DNA of 64,000 nucleotides. Source: a candidate division TA06 bacterium 32_111 (GTDB lineage: Bacteria > Hydrothermota > 32-111). The DNA lies in assembly GCA_001508335.1 (NCBI GenBank), contig LGFX01000004.1, positions 75,654 to 139,653 of the forward strand. The letters run 5' to 3'. Positions 19,829 to 30,155 of the stretch are shown here, piece after piece. The notes under the pieces were generated by a model. That model was not told the origin of the DNA, made no database searches, and saw only the letters and a program-made list of their open reading frames with translations. A program made the position numbers and the translations under genes. The stretch's first letter is position 1. The number at the start of each line of letters is the position of its first letter.

Positions 19829-20779
19829 ATGAAAAAAATTCTTTTTCAAATTTTAAGAATTCTAATAACGGTCTTGATACTTTTTTTAATCTTCAGAAAT
19901 ATAGATACAACCCAACTTTTTAAAATATTAAAAAATTCAAATATCTTTCTTCTTTTTCTTAGTGTTATAACCATAGGAATTGTTTGTTTCATCATATCGT
20001 TAAGGTGGCAACTCGTTTTGAAACTTTACAATTTCAATGTTTCCATCTGGAGGGCTTTCAGAATATATAACATAGCCTTCTTTTTCAACAATTTCCTTCC
20101 ATCAACCATTGGTATGGATTTTATAAGGGGCGCTTACATAGTCTCGGATGAAAAAAGGATAGCTGACGTTATATCTTCTATAATAATAGAAAGATGGATT
20201 GGACTTTTAGGAATAATAGTTTACATATCCATAACTCCCTTGATATTTTTCAAATATGGTGTAACGAAATATTTTCTTTATGTATCAATAATAGGCATTT
20301 TGGCTTCAGTAATATTTATAACCGTCATAATCTCTGATAAAGTTTTTAACTTTTTTATCTTTCTTTTTTCAAAAATAAAAATTTTAAAAATAGGTGAAAA
20401 GATAAACTCTCTGATGAATTCTTTGAGAATAATTAAACATAGGAAAAGTGACCTTGTTTACAACCTTTTTCTTTCAATAATGATACAGGTAGTTTTTGTT
20501 GTTACCAACCATCTAATTGTTATTTCACAGGGTTTATCAGTTAAACTTATAGATGAGATAATCTATGTTCCTTTCATATCAATAATCTCAATGATCCCTA
20601 TAACAATAAATGGGCTTGGTTTAAGGGAATGGGCTTATATAAATTTTTTCAAGTTAACAACCAAAGAAGAGATAGTTTCACTATCTTTAACATTTTTTTT
20701 GGTTTCAGTTTTGTACAGTATTGTTGGTGGATTTTTATTTATTTTTGATAAAAGGAATATTACAAAGGAGAACAAATGA
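19829..20779 (+). CDS. Integral membrane protein resembling the flippase-like TM domain of lysylphosphatidylglycerol synthase (UPF0104)
   Basis: About 8 TM helices. N-terminal ...LFLIFRNID... and NxxPSxIGxDxxR-like segment (FFNNFLPSTIGMDFIRG) are typical of the UPF0104/MprF flippase domain. Confidence 0.45.
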   Translation: MKKILFQILRILITVLILFLIFRNIDTTQLFKILKNSNIFLLFLSVITIGIVCFIISLRWQLVLKLYNFNVSIWRAFRIYNIAFFFNNFLPSTIGMDFIRGAYIVSDEKRIADVISSIIIERWIGLLGIIVYISITPLIFFKYGVTKYFLYVSIIGILASVIFITVIISDKVFNFFIFLFSKIKILKIGEKINSLMNSLRIIKHRKSDLVYNLFLSIMIQVVFVVTNHLIVISQGLSVKLIDEIIYVPFISIISMIPITINGLGLREWAYINFFKLTTKEEIVSLSLTFFLVSVLYSIVGGFLFIFDKRNITKENK

Positions 20780-22122
20780 AAAGGGTCTTTTACTTTCTCT
20801 TAACAATTTTAATCTCTTTTTCAATTTTTTCAGAAACACTTTACAAAAGGGAGTTTAAAAGTTTTAAACTTGAAAATGGACTTGAAGTTTTGATGGTAAA
20901 AACTACAGCTCAGCCTATAGTTACAATAGAGATAGCAGCCAAAAATGGCTCTTACACTCAAACTCCTGAAAACTGCGGTCTATCACATCTTTATGAACAT
21001 ATGTTTTTCAAAGGAAATGTGAAATGGAAGAGTCAGGAGGAATACAATAAAAGGATAAGGGAGTTGGGAATAGTTTATAATGGGATGACTTCGAATGAAT
21101 CAGTTAGGTACTATTTCACCCTTCCATCGAAAAATATAGATCAGGGACTTGAATTTATGTCTTTCGCTATAATAGATCCTCTTTTCGATTCAATTGAACT
21201 TGAAAAGGAAAGGAATGTTGTATTGAACGAGTTCGATAGAGATTTCTCAGTTCCAGCATACAAATTCTATCAGATGGCTGACTCAATTATGTTTGAAAAA
21301 TATTTTTATAGAAAGAATACGATAGGCTTTAAAAATGTTATAGCAAATGCAACAAGGGAACAGATGAACGAGATAAAAAATAAATACTATGTACCAAACA
21401 ACTGTGCTCTCATCGTGGTTGGGGAGATAGATTTTGATAAAACTGAAAAGATCGTAAAAAAATATTTCTCAAGATGGGAAAGGGGGAATGAGGTTGATTT
21501 CAATTTTCCCCCACATCCCTTACTTGAGAGGAATAAAAACTTTTTAATCGTCGATAGGGTAGCCACAACAAAATACCTTTTATCTTTCAGAGCGCCAGAT
21601 TTTAAAGGAGATTCAAAAGATTGTTACGCTTTAGATCTTCTTTCAGATTATCTTTCTTTATCATCTTCTAAACTCTATAAAGATCTTGTAGAGAGTGGTC
21701 TTGTTTACAACTATTATGTTTGGTACTCTGGATTAAAGGATGGTTCAGAATTTTCACTATATTTTGATCTTAGAGGTGATAATATAGATACGGTTAGAAA
21801 GATCATATTTGAACATATCAAAAACTTGAATAGTCCTGATTACTATGATATCGATCTGCTCCAACATTCGAAGGAGTATGGACAGGTAAACACATTCAAA
21901 AGGCTTGAGTCATCACTCTCGTTCGCATTGACTTTAGGATATTGGTGGTGTATTGGAGGAGTTGATAATTTTAAAGAGTACAACCATAAGATATCTGAAA
22001 TTTCAAAAGATGATATAGTATCTGTCGTTAACAGGTATATTTCTAACGCTAATTATATTGAGGGATTTTTAACTGATTCTTTGACCTACAAAAACAAACT
22101 ATCATTTTTAAAGGGAGAGTAA
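20776..22122 (+). CDS. M16-family zinc peptidase (pitrilysin-like), active subunit
   Basis: Signal peptide. Inverted zinc motif HxxEH in GLSHLYEHMFFKG with a downstream Glu-rich region. Confidence 0.8.
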   Translation: MKRVFYFLLTILISFSIFSETLYKREFKSFKLENGLEVLMVKTTAQPIVTIEIAAKNGSYTQTPENCGLSHLYEHMFFKGNVKWKSQEEYNKRIRELGIVYNGMTSNESVRYYFTLPSKNIDQGLEFMSFAIIDPLFDSIELEKERNVVLNEFDRDFSVPAYKFYQMADSIMFEKYFYRKNTIGFKNVIANATREQMNEIKNKYYVPNNCALIVVGEIDFDKTEKIVKKYFSRWERGNEVDFNFPPHPLLERNKNFLIVDRVATTKYLLSFRAPDFKGDSKDCYALDLLSDYLSLSSSKLYKDLVESGLVYNYYVWYSGLKDGSEFSLYFDLRGDNIDTVRKIIFEHIKNLNSPDYYDIDLLQHSKEYGQVNTFKRLESSLSFALTLGYWWCIGGVDNFKEYNHKISEISKDDIVSVVNRYISNANYIEGFLTDSLTYKNKLSFLKGE

Positions 22123-22123
22123 G

Positions 22124-23380
22124 ATGAAAAAAATATTTTTAATTTCTATAATTATTACAATTTTCCTGTTTTCATTCTCAGAAGTTTTTAAGGAAAAGAT
22201 TACAAAAAATGTGGAACTTCTATACAACTATGTTCCAGAAAACGATATATCCGCTGTTACAGTATTTATAGATGGTGGAAGCATGAACTATGATTTTGAA
22301 AAGTCAGGGATCGAGAATCTGATTTTCAGGTTGGTGGAAAAATGTGGAAAAAATTATTCTGAAAGTAAGATGAATGAACTTATGGATAAATATTTTGTGA
22401 CCGTCTCCTTTGAAAATTCATACGATTATTCTTCCTTTTCTTTTTCCACCCTTAACAAATATCTTTTCGATGTTACAAAAATTTTTGCTGATAATTTCAG
22501 AGAGCCAGATTTTTCTGATGAAATTTTGAAAAGAGAAAAGGAAAAGATGATAGATGAAATAAAATCTAAGGAAGAGGACCCAGATGAACTTCTATATTTG
22601 AAATTGAACGAGTATTTTTTCAAAAACCATCCATACATAGCAAACCCTGAAGGTTATGTTGAAACTGTTCAGAATTTGAAAAGTGCAGATCTTTACGAGC
22701 ATCTTAAAAAGATTTTTTCTTCAAGAAGAGTTATAATAAGTGTTGTTTCAGGTGTTCCATTCAAAGAGGCTAAAAAGTTTTTCAAAAAAGAGTTTGGATT
22801 CATAAATGGAAAAGTTGAAATGATGAAAAATCTTAAAGATTTCAATCTGTGTGAAGGGGATACTCTTTTAAAATATGAAAAGGGAGGTTTACAAACAAAA
22901 TACCTTGGGTGCAAATTTAAAGTGCCTTCGGTTAACGATAAAGAGTATCTTCCCGTAAGGGTTGGGCTTTCTATACTTTCAAAGAGGGTTTATGAAACAT
23001 TGAGAACAAAACATGGTTTAACTTATGCTGCCTATGTTGGTGCATCGAATAAGTTGTCTAACTACGGGGTATTCTATGTTAGCACTCTTTATCCAGATTC
23101 TGCGATGAAACTTTTCAAGGATGAGGTTGAAAAGGTAAAAAAGGAAGGAATCAAGCAGGAAGAGATAGATGATATGAAAAATCTTTTCCAGACATCTTTT
23201 TTTCTTAATAAAGAGAGAACCTCAAACAGAAGTTTTTCTCTTGGATACAACTATCTTATTTTCAACGACTACGATTACGATCTTAAATTCATAAAGGAAC
23301 TTGAGAAGTTGAAAAGCGAAAAGGTTACTAATGCCATAACCAAGTATCTGAGAGATTTTAAATTTATTCTTGTTGAATAA
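22124..23380 (+). CDS. M16-family peptidase-like protein lacking the HxxEH motif (probably the non-catalytic partner subunit)
   Basis: Same-size paralog immediately downstream, with an M16 fold-like C-terminal half and no HxxEH. This paired arrangement is typical of M16B. Confidence 0.65.
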   Translation: MKKIFLISIIITIFLFSFSEVFKEKITKNVELLYNYVPENDISAVTVFIDGGSMNYDFEKSGIENLIFRLVEKCGKNYSESKMNELMDKYFVTVSFENSYDYSSFSFSTLNKYLFDVTKIFADNFREPDFSDEILKREKEKMIDEIKSKEEDPDELLYLKLNEYFFKNHPYIANPEGYVETVQNLKSADLYEHLKKIFSSRRVIISVVSGVPFKEAKKFFKKEFGFINGKVEMMKNLKDFNLCEGDTLLKYEKGGLQTKYLGCKFKVPSVNDKEYLPVRVGLSILSKRVYETLRTKHGLTYAAYVGASNKLSNYGVFYVSTLYPDSAMKLFKDEVEKVKKEGIKQEEIDDMKNLFQTSFFLNKERTSNRSFSLGYNYLIFNDYDYDLKFIKELEKLKSEKVTNAITKYLRDFKFILVE

Positions 23381-23385
23381 AAAAG

Positions 23386-23446
23386 GAAGCAGGATTGTCG
23401 TTTTTTGATTGAGTAGTGTTTACGACAATTTTATACCTGCTTCCAT
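23386..23446 (+). terminator. Long imperfect hairpin after the M16 pair (candidate intrinsic terminator or structured element)
   Basis: GGAAGCAGGATTGTCGT ... ACGACAAT-tttata-CCTGCTTCC. A 17-nt arm is interrupted by a 6-nt bulge on the 3' side. It starts 6 nt after the stop codon. No clean U-tract follows. Confidence 0.35.
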
Positions 23447-23533
23447 TATAAGATTAAAACTAAAGAAAATTTTTGGCAATAGGATTTTAATTTAATTATT
23501 GAAATATACTTGAATTGAATATAAAATTAAAAT

Positions 23534-23920
23534 ATGAAATTTAATGATAAAAGAATTATTTTAAAATTAAAAAAACTTTCCCAAAATAGTTATTCAAAAT
23601 ATTCCAAATTCTCAGTTTCTTCAATACTTGTTACCAAAAAGGGAAAAGAGTTTTACGGTGTTAATGTTGAGAACGCATCTTACTCTTTAACAATATGTGC
23701 TGAGAGAAACGCTTTTTTTAGTGCTCTTACAAGTGGGGAAAAAGATTTTAAAAGAATATATATTTATGCCAACTCCGATAAACTACCATTTCCATGTGGA
23801 GCATGCTTGCAGGTTATGTCAGAGTTTGTGGATGAGGATTTTGAAATCGTTCTCTTTTCAAAAAAAGAAAAAAGAGAATTCAAATTTAATGAACTTCTTC
23901 CAAAAAGATTCAAACTATGA
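23534..23920 (+). CDS. cdd: Cytidine deaminase
   Basis: Zinc-binding motifs CAERNA and PCGACLQVMSEF. 128 aa. Confidence 0.9.
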   Translation: MKFNDKRIILKLKKLSQNSYSKYSKFSVSSILVTKKGKEFYGVNVENASYSLTICAERNAFFSALTSGEKDFKRIYIYANSDKLPFPCGACLQVMSEFVDEDFEIVLFSKKEKREFKFNELLPKRFKL

Positions 23921-25014
23921 AAAAATTCCTTCCAATTTTTTTTCTTCTGATATTTTTATCATGTTTTAAAAGTTATGATATCAACGAAATAGAGTCAAAA
24001 CAGAATCTCTCTGAAACAAAGGAGGAGATAAAAAAACTTCTTCTTTCAACATACGATTATAAAATTTCTATAAAAGATGAGGTTTTGGATATATCTTTCA
24101 ATGGTGAAAAGGACCCCTTAAACAGGTTTACCCTGAAAGGTTATTTTAAAATATTGGATCAGAAAAACTATTTTGATCATATTTTTACAGGAAGAGAATG
24201 GATAAAAAGAAAAGACCTATCCTTAGATTTTGGTGATATTTTTGATATACCTTCATTTATTGAAAACATAATCGATCCCGAAATGTTAAACTACAGAAGT
24301 TTTGAAAAAGGAGAATACATTTTTGATGTGAAAGTTAATACTGCTTTGATAGATCCCTCCAATTATCTTCAGGATGGCCTTCTTTACTACGATCCTGTTA
24401 AAAAAGAGATTCTGATCACCCTTTACGATCGAAAAAAATTTCAGGTTAAAATTTCTTATAAAAAGATAGAAAAAATAAAATTCAATGACAGGTATTATAA
24501 GACCAAAATAAAAGTTTTTGGGGATAAAAAAGATTTAGAAAAATTGAATGAAAGGTTTTTAATTTCTGATCTGGGAAAGGTAGAAAAAGAGAATGTTTTT
24601 TTGAAGTTCGATCCGCAAAAATATATTTTTGATATAAAAATGCTTCTTGAAGATTCTCTTTCCTTTTACACTTTTTCATATGTATCACCTGATAATGAAA
24701 GCGAAAATATACTCTATATGAATTTTGATTTGAGAAACACAGTTTTAAAAGAAGATAAAATTTTGGCTCTATCAGGTAAAGAATTTTTTGTAGAGAAGAA
24801 TGGAGAATTTTATACAATTCATTTCAAAGATGTGAATCTTGAAAAAGATTATGAAATGGTTTGTAAACTTAGCAAATTTTCCTTCCATTCAAAGTATACA
24901 AAAGCAAACAAAACCTTAGTGATAAAAGGTTTAAATGAAACGGTTCTATCTGTAATTCTTGCTCTAAACAGTTTACCTTATAATTTTAACAACATTTACA
25001 TTAAGGAGGAATAA
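23917..25014 (+). CDS. Hypothetical lipoprotein
   Basis: Signal peptide with lipobox LSCF. No motif assigned. Confidence 0.45.
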   Translation: MKKFLPIFFLLIFLSCFKSYDINEIESKQNLSETKEEIKKLLLSTYDYKISIKDEVLDISFNGEKDPLNRFTLKGYFKILDQKNYFDHIFTGREWIKRKDLSLDFGDIFDIPSFIENIIDPEMLNYRSFEKGEYIFDVKVNTALIDPSNYLQDGLLYYDPVKKEILITLYDRKKFQVKISYKKIEKIKFNDRYYKTKIKVFGDKKDLEKLNERFLISDLGKVEKENVFLKFDPQKYIFDIKMLLEDSLSFYTFSYVSPDNESENILYMNFDLRNTVLKEDKILALSGKEFFVEKNGEFYTIHFKDVNLEKDYEMVCKLSKFSFHSKYTKANKTLVIKGLNETVLSVILALNSLPYNFNNIYIKEE

Positions 25015-25187
25015 TGATAGATAAAAGATTACTCGACATACTTATATGTCCAAAATGCAAAGGGGAACTTGTATACGATGGGGAAAGGGATATCCTCATA
25101 TGCAAAAAGGATGGTATATATTTTGAGATAAAAAACAATATCCCTATTATGTTACTGGAAAAAGCAAAAAAACTCGATGAAAAATAA
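25014..25187 (+). CDS. Trm112/YcaR-like small zinc-ribbon protein (UPF0434). 57 aa; too short for the ORF track.
   Basis: MIDKRLLDILICPKCKGELVYDGERDILICKKDGIYFEIKNNIPIML... matches the UPF0434 consensus (LL.IL.CP.CKG.L.YD......L.C.......Y.I.DGIP.ML). It overlaps the upstream stop (TAATG) and the downstream start. Confidence 0.7.
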   Translation: MIDKRLLDILICPKCKGELVYDGERDILICKKDGIYFEIKNNIPIMLLEKAKKLDEK

Positions 25188-28100
25188 AATTTTAATATCT
25201 ATCCTAATACTTTTAACCTTTTTAGTAAACATTGCTAAAGTAGTTTCCTTTTGTGATGAAAAGGGAGTTTTGATAGAGTATTTTCCCAAAGATGAAAATA
25301 TCTCTATATACGATCTTGAATATGAGAACGGTTATTTAGTAAAAAATATCTATGTGAATGTTCCAGAGGGTGATGTTGAGATAAGAGTTAAAAGTGAGGG
25401 AAAGGAGAGAGGTAGAAATTATTTTACGGGTTTAACAAAAAATGGGAAACTGTTTGAAAAACATTTTGTTTACGCTTCAAGCCAAAGGATACTTCTTTTG
25501 AAAATATATCCGGTTTACTCCTTCGATAAAAATGAGATTTCCTTTTACAAAAAAATTAATATAGATGTTAAATTTAAAAATCAACTTAAGAGAACAAGTC
25601 AGCATGATCCACTTTTGGTTTCATCGGTAAACTCTGATTTCATATCACCAACAAAATTTTTTAAATTTTCAAAAAGTTCTCAACCTCAGATAAAATCTTA
25701 TTTAAAACTTGAAATAAAGGATAACGGTATATACATGGTAGATTATTCGGATCTGAAAAAAGTTGGTTTAAATCCAGAACTAATATCTCCAAAAAATCTC
25801 GGACTCTATAAAAGAAAGAACCTCATTCTTCCATCTGATACACCTGAAATGTTTTACTATATCGATCCGATAAAAGTTCCTATTAAATTTTTTGGAGATG
25901 ATGATAACTCTTTTGAAAAAGGAGAATATTTTGTTTTTTATGGGAATTCTATAAAAGGTAAAGGGAAAAATTTTTACCTTTCGTACGATATCTACAACAA
26001 CCCTTTTACAGATTACAACCAGTACATTTTGACTTTCAACGATACAAACTTTTTAGAAATGGGAGATATTATCTATGATGCTTTGAAAGGTGATTCTTTA
26101 GTTGATATTTCTTTAACCTTCAGGTACGATTCTATAAACCCTCTTCTTGCAGGCTATGGATGGGCTTGGAGAGAATTCACTATTTACAAAGATTCCACAA
26201 ATGTTAAAGACTATACCTGGAACTTTAACCTTAACAACATAGTTGACTCAACTGGAAAAATTACAGTTTCATTTTTCTTTCAAACCGATCTTAACGATAC
26301 CTTTGATATTGATATAGAAATAAATGGAAAAATTGTTGGTAGAGCTTCCTCAAGGGGGGCTTATACAACCATTCCCAAAAGTTTTACTTTTGATGTTTTC
26401 AATTTCAAGCAGGACAATTCTATAAGGATAATACCTGTAAATCTTGATAACAAAACAAAAACTTTTTATCTCTGTTCTGTTGAACCTCAGTACAAAGCAT
26501 ACCTTGGTGGCGAAAAGGATTTACAAATTGAGGATAACACAAAAGACATATTATCTTTAAATCCAAAAATTGATCTTTATGTTGCATTTTCTTCTTCCGA
26601 ATTTTCTTTTTTTGGAAAGTTAAAAAAGAATCAGAAAATTAATTTGAAAACAAAGGGAATTCAGCAGATATATTTTTCAAAAGATTTAAAAAAGGTTGAT
26701 AGGTTTGAATTTGTTGATTGCTCTAAAATTTTTGATTTTAGCGATGGATGTGACATCCTTATCATAACTGGAAAAGGGTTCAAAAATTCAGTTAACTCAT
26801 ATGTCCAGTATAGAAAAAGTAAAGGGATGACTGTAAAAGTTTTTGAATTCAACGATATAGATAACGCTTTCTCTTTCGGTATGAAAACCCCTACTTCAAT
26901 AAAGTCCTTTCTCTACTATGCAAAGGAAAGGTGGTCAAAGTTTCCCAAATATCTCCTCCTTCTCGGTTCAGGTTCATTCGATTACAAAAATCGCCTTAAC
27001 ACTTTTGAAAACAGGAGTGTTGTTCCAGTTTATGAAACAGGGTATGGTGTATACAAACTTGCACTTTTAACTTCCTACAGATCCGAATGTGTTGACAGAT
27101 GGTTTGCTCTTCTTGATGATGATAAGTATATGGATATTATCCCGGGAAGGATAACCGTTTATACTAAAGATCAAGCATACTACGCTTTGAATAAGATAAT
27201 AGATTATGAAACTAAAACTCCAACATACATGAAAAGTAGAGCGGTTGTTATCTCTGATGATGAATACAGTTCAAGGGTTACAAGTGATTTTAACGATATA
27301 AGTTTTATAAATGCGAGTGAAGAACTTGCACAACTTTTAGGAAACAACTTCGCCCTTGAAAAACTTTATCTAACAGATTACAAGGGAGACCTTGAAGGAA
27401 CTGATCACTGGCCTTACAATCCAGGATTAAAGAGAAATGTCAGGTTCGTTTTAAAAGATATACTTTCAAGGGGAGTAAATTTTGGATTCTTCTATGGACA
27501 TGGTTCTTACTATTCTTTAACACATGAACATTTTTTGGAGTACCCAAACGATCTTGACCTTTTTGATAATCTGCACAAGTACCCTATATTTCTTTTCGGG
27601 ACATGTCAGGCTGGACAGTTTGATAACGATTATGGTTCAATCGCTTCAGATTTTCAGATACTTCCATACTCAGGATTTTCAGCAACCATAGGTGCAACGA
27701 GAGCAACAAGTGCTGATGAGAACAGAAATATACTCTATCTATCTTTTGTCTATGATCTTTTCCTTTATGGTGGTTACAACACAATAGGTGAATACTACCT
27801 ATCTATGATAAACAAAAACAACTATGCTTATACATCACATCAACTTTTTGGTGATCCTTCTATGGTTGTGAAGAAGTATAAATATGATGTTGATGTAATC
27901 TCTCCGGATACTGTAACACTTGGCAGCAAAAACAACATTGGATTTTCATACAATGGTAAAAACAAAGAAGAGGTTTTTTTGGATATTTACCAGCCATTCT
28001 ATACAGACTCACATGACTATCTTCATACCTATCCTTACTCTTATATCTATTACACTAAAAATGATGGTTTGATGAGAAGAATATCAGATTCTTCAAGAGA

Positions 28101-28854
28101 AAAAATCTTTGAACTTACTCTTCCCGATAGTTTTCAAAATAGAAAATATGAGAAAAGGTTGGCCATAGTTTCTGTTTTTGAGGATGATAGTTTTATACAT
28201 TCTAATTTAAAGAAAGTTTTCTTTAAATTAGAAAAGGATACTTTTTCCTATGATGGGAATTTGAAGTTGAAAGTTAACGGTGTGGAAGTATCGGATAGTA
28301 TTTCCGTTCCAGATAAGTTCAAACTTTCTGTTGAATTCGTTTCTAAAACTGGAGTTTACCTTGGAAATCTGTCAGAATATAAACCAACTCTTTATATAAA
28401 TCAAGAAAAAACGTTAAACTTTAACAATTTTATATCTTTCAGTGATACTTTTAAAAGTGAAATGTTTATCGATTCATCCTTTTCACAGGTTGATACTTTA
28501 AAAGTTATCCTTTTTGATAACGATTTTAAAAAGTATGAAAAAACAATATTTTTAAAACATCCACAACAGAATCTTTCGAAAAATATTCTCGTTTATCCAA
28601 ACCCTTTCAAAGATGATTTTTATATTACTTTCAACTCAAACTCTTCTGGATTTTTCTATTTTACAATTTTTAACGATAGAGGAGAGATCGTTGAAAGTGG
28701 TAGAAAAAATTTTACCTATGGTTTCAACAGCATACTTGTTGAAATGAAAGATAAAAAGAGATTAACAGGTGGAGTTTACCTTCTTTCTTTAGATATTCAT
28801 TCCCATTCTTCTGAAAGAAGATATAATAAAAATATAAAGATAGTTAAAAAATGA
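25177..28854 (+). CDS. C25 (gingipain-like) cysteine peptidase with a type IX secretion C-terminal sorting domain; possible PorU-like protein
   Basis: Catalytic-core matches to gingipain: FFYGHGSYY (His), FLFGTCQAGQFD (Cys), GDPSMVV. The C-terminal ~80 aa carry CTD motifs (YPNPFKD, FTIFNDRGEIV, GGVYLLSLDI, KIVKK). Signal peptide present. Confidence 0.75.
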   Translation: MKNKILISILILLTFLVNIAKVVSFCDEKGVLIEYFPKDENISIYDLEYENGYLVKNIYVNVPEGDVEIRVKSEGKERGRNYFTGLTKNGKLFEKHFVYASSQRILLLKIYPVYSFDKNEISFYKKINIDVKFKNQLKRTSQHDPLLVSSVNSDFISPTKFFKFSKSSQPQIKSYLKLEIKDNGIYMVDYSDLKKVGLNPELISPKNLGLYKRKNLILPSDTPEMFYYIDPIKVPIKFFGDDDNSFEKGEYFVFYGNSIKGKGKNFYLSYDIYNNPFTDYNQYILTFNDTNFLEMGDIIYDALKGDSLVDISLTFRYDSINPLLAGYGWAWREFTIYKDSTNVKDYTWNFNLNNIVDSTGKITVSFFFQTDLNDTFDIDIEINGKIVGRASSRGAYTTIPKSFTFDVFNFKQDNSIRIIPVNLDNKTKTFYLCSVEPQYKAYLGGEKDLQIEDNTKDILSLNPKIDLYVAFSSSEFSFFGKLKKNQKINLKTKGIQQIYFSKDLKKVDRFEFVDCSKIFDFSDGCDILIITGKGFKNSVNSYVQYRKSKGMTVKVFEFNDIDNAFSFGMKTPTSIKSFLYYAKERWSKFPKYLLLLGSGSFDYKNRLNTFENRSVVPVYETGYGVYKLALLTSYRSECVDRWFALLDDDKYMDIIPGRITVYTKDQAYYALNKIIDYETKTPTYMKSRAVVISDDEYSSRVTSDFNDISFINASEELAQLLGNNFALEKLYLTDYKGDLEGTDHWPYNPGLKRNVRFVLKDILSRGVNFGFFYGHGSYYSLTHEHFLEYPNDLDLFDNLHKYPIFLFGTCQAGQFDNDYGSIASDFQILPYSGFSATIGATRATSADENRNILYLSFVYDLFLYGGYNTIGEYYLSMINKNNYAYTSHQLFGDPSMVVKKYKYDVDVISPDTVTLGSKNNIGFSYNGKNKEEVFLDIYQPFYTDSHDYLHTYPYSYIYYTKNDGLMRRISDSSREKIFELTLPDSFQNRKYEKRLAIVSVFEDDSFIHSNLKKVFFKLEKDTFSYDGNLKLKVNGVEVSDSISVPDKFKLSVEFVSKTGVYLGNLSEYKPTLYINQEKTLNFNNFISFSDTFKSEMFIDSSFSQVDTLKVILFDNDFKKYEKTIFLKHPQQNLSKNILVYPNPFKDDFYITFNSNSSGFFYFTIFNDRGEIVESGRKNFTYGFNSILVEMKDKKRLTGGVYLLSLDIHSHSSERRYNKNIKIVKK

Positions 28855-30155
28855 AAACAAAATTACTACTTTTTTCATTACTTTTATTTTTAAATATATT
28901 TGCACAAAAGAAGGTAATGGATGTTTTTCTTGGAGGGAAAAAGGTTGGCTATTATGTTGAAGAGAAGACCTATGTTGATTCACTTATAAGGATAGATGAA
29001 AGAAATAAAATGAGGTTTGAGGTTTATGGAAACGATGTTGAGATATTTTCAAATTCCGTATCATTTTATGATAGAAAGTGGAATATAAAAAAATTTTTTG
29101 TAAGTGTTAAAAGTAAAGATATATCCTTCTTTCTAAACGGTTACCTTCAGGATGATAAGTTTGTAATAAAAACCGATCTTTCAGGAAAAGAGAAAACTGA
29201 CATTTTGGATGTTAAAGGTAAAAAGATAATCTTCAATATTGAAAGTGTTGATAGGGAAATTTTAAAAGAGAATCTTTTCACATTGAATCCTTTGAATATG
29301 AAACTCGAAAAGGTTGATATTAAATTTTTAAAAGATGAATCTTTGAAAATCTCAGGTAAAACATTCGCTTCATCAAAATATCTTTTAAAAAGTGAAAGTT
29401 CAACTTTCTACTTATGGTTTGATAAAAAAAATAGGTGTGTCAAATCCTTAAGCGATCAGGGAATAGAGATGGTTTTAACGGATTCTGTAAAGGAACCAAC
29501 TGAAAATTTTAACATTTTGGATTATTTCAAAATAGAAGCAAAAGGTAATTTCCGAAATATCAGAAAAGATAATTATGCAAAATATGTTATAGAAGGAATA
29601 AAGGATAAAGACCTTTCCAATTATAGACAAATTCATAAAAAAGATACTCTTGAAGTTTTTAGAAAAACTTTAAACAGCGAAGGTTTTGAGGAGATAAAGG
29701 ATTCCTTCTACCTTATGCCTGATAGTTCTATAATCTCTATATCTGAAAGGTTGTTTAAAGAGAGTAGGTTCGATACACTCACCTTTATAAAAAAGAGTAT
29801 GGAATTCGTAAACAAAAAGTTGAAGAAAAAAGTTTTTTCTGGACTTGTAACACCATCTCAGATATTGAAAAACTCTTATGGGGATTGCACAGAGCATTCA
29901 CAACTTTTTGCTTCTCTACTTATATCAAAAAACGTTAGGGTCAATGTTGTTTCTGGATTGGTTTTTTCGGAAGGACAATTTTTTTACCATGCTTGGAACA
30001 ATGTTTTTTACAAAGGGAAGATATACTCTATAGATCCAACCTTTAAACAGTTTGAGGTAGACCCATCCCACATTGAAATATCTATAGGTTTTCCTCCACA
30101 GGAGGTGTTACTCAAAAACATCTCAGGAAAAATCGTAATAAGGAGGATAAAATGA
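28851..30155 (+). CDS. Secreted transglutaminase-like cysteine protease-fold protein
   Basis: Transglutaminase core Cys-His-Asp: YGDCTEHSQLFASLL... YHAWNNVFYKGKIYSIDPT. Signal peptide. ATGA-coupled to the C25 peptidase gene. Confidence 0.7.
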   Translation: MKTKLLLFSLLLFLNIFAQKKVMDVFLGGKKVGYYVEEKTYVDSLIRIDERNKMRFEVYGNDVEIFSNSVSFYDRKWNIKKFFVSVKSKDISFFLNGYLQDDKFVIKTDLSGKEKTDILDVKGKKIIFNIESVDREILKENLFTLNPLNMKLEKVDIKFLKDESLKISGKTFASSKYLLKSESSTFYLWFDKKNRCVKSLSDQGIEMVLTDSVKEPTENFNILDYFKIEAKGNFRNIRKDNYAKYVIEGIKDKDLSNYRQIHKKDTLEVFRKTLNSEGFEEIKDSFYLMPDSSIISISERLFKESRFDTLTFIKKSMEFVNKKLKKKVFSGLVTPSQILKNSYGDCTEHSQLFASLLISKNVRVNVVSGLVFSEGQFFYHAWNNVFYKGKIYSIDPTFKQFEVDPSHIEISIGFPPQEVLLKNISGKIVIRRIK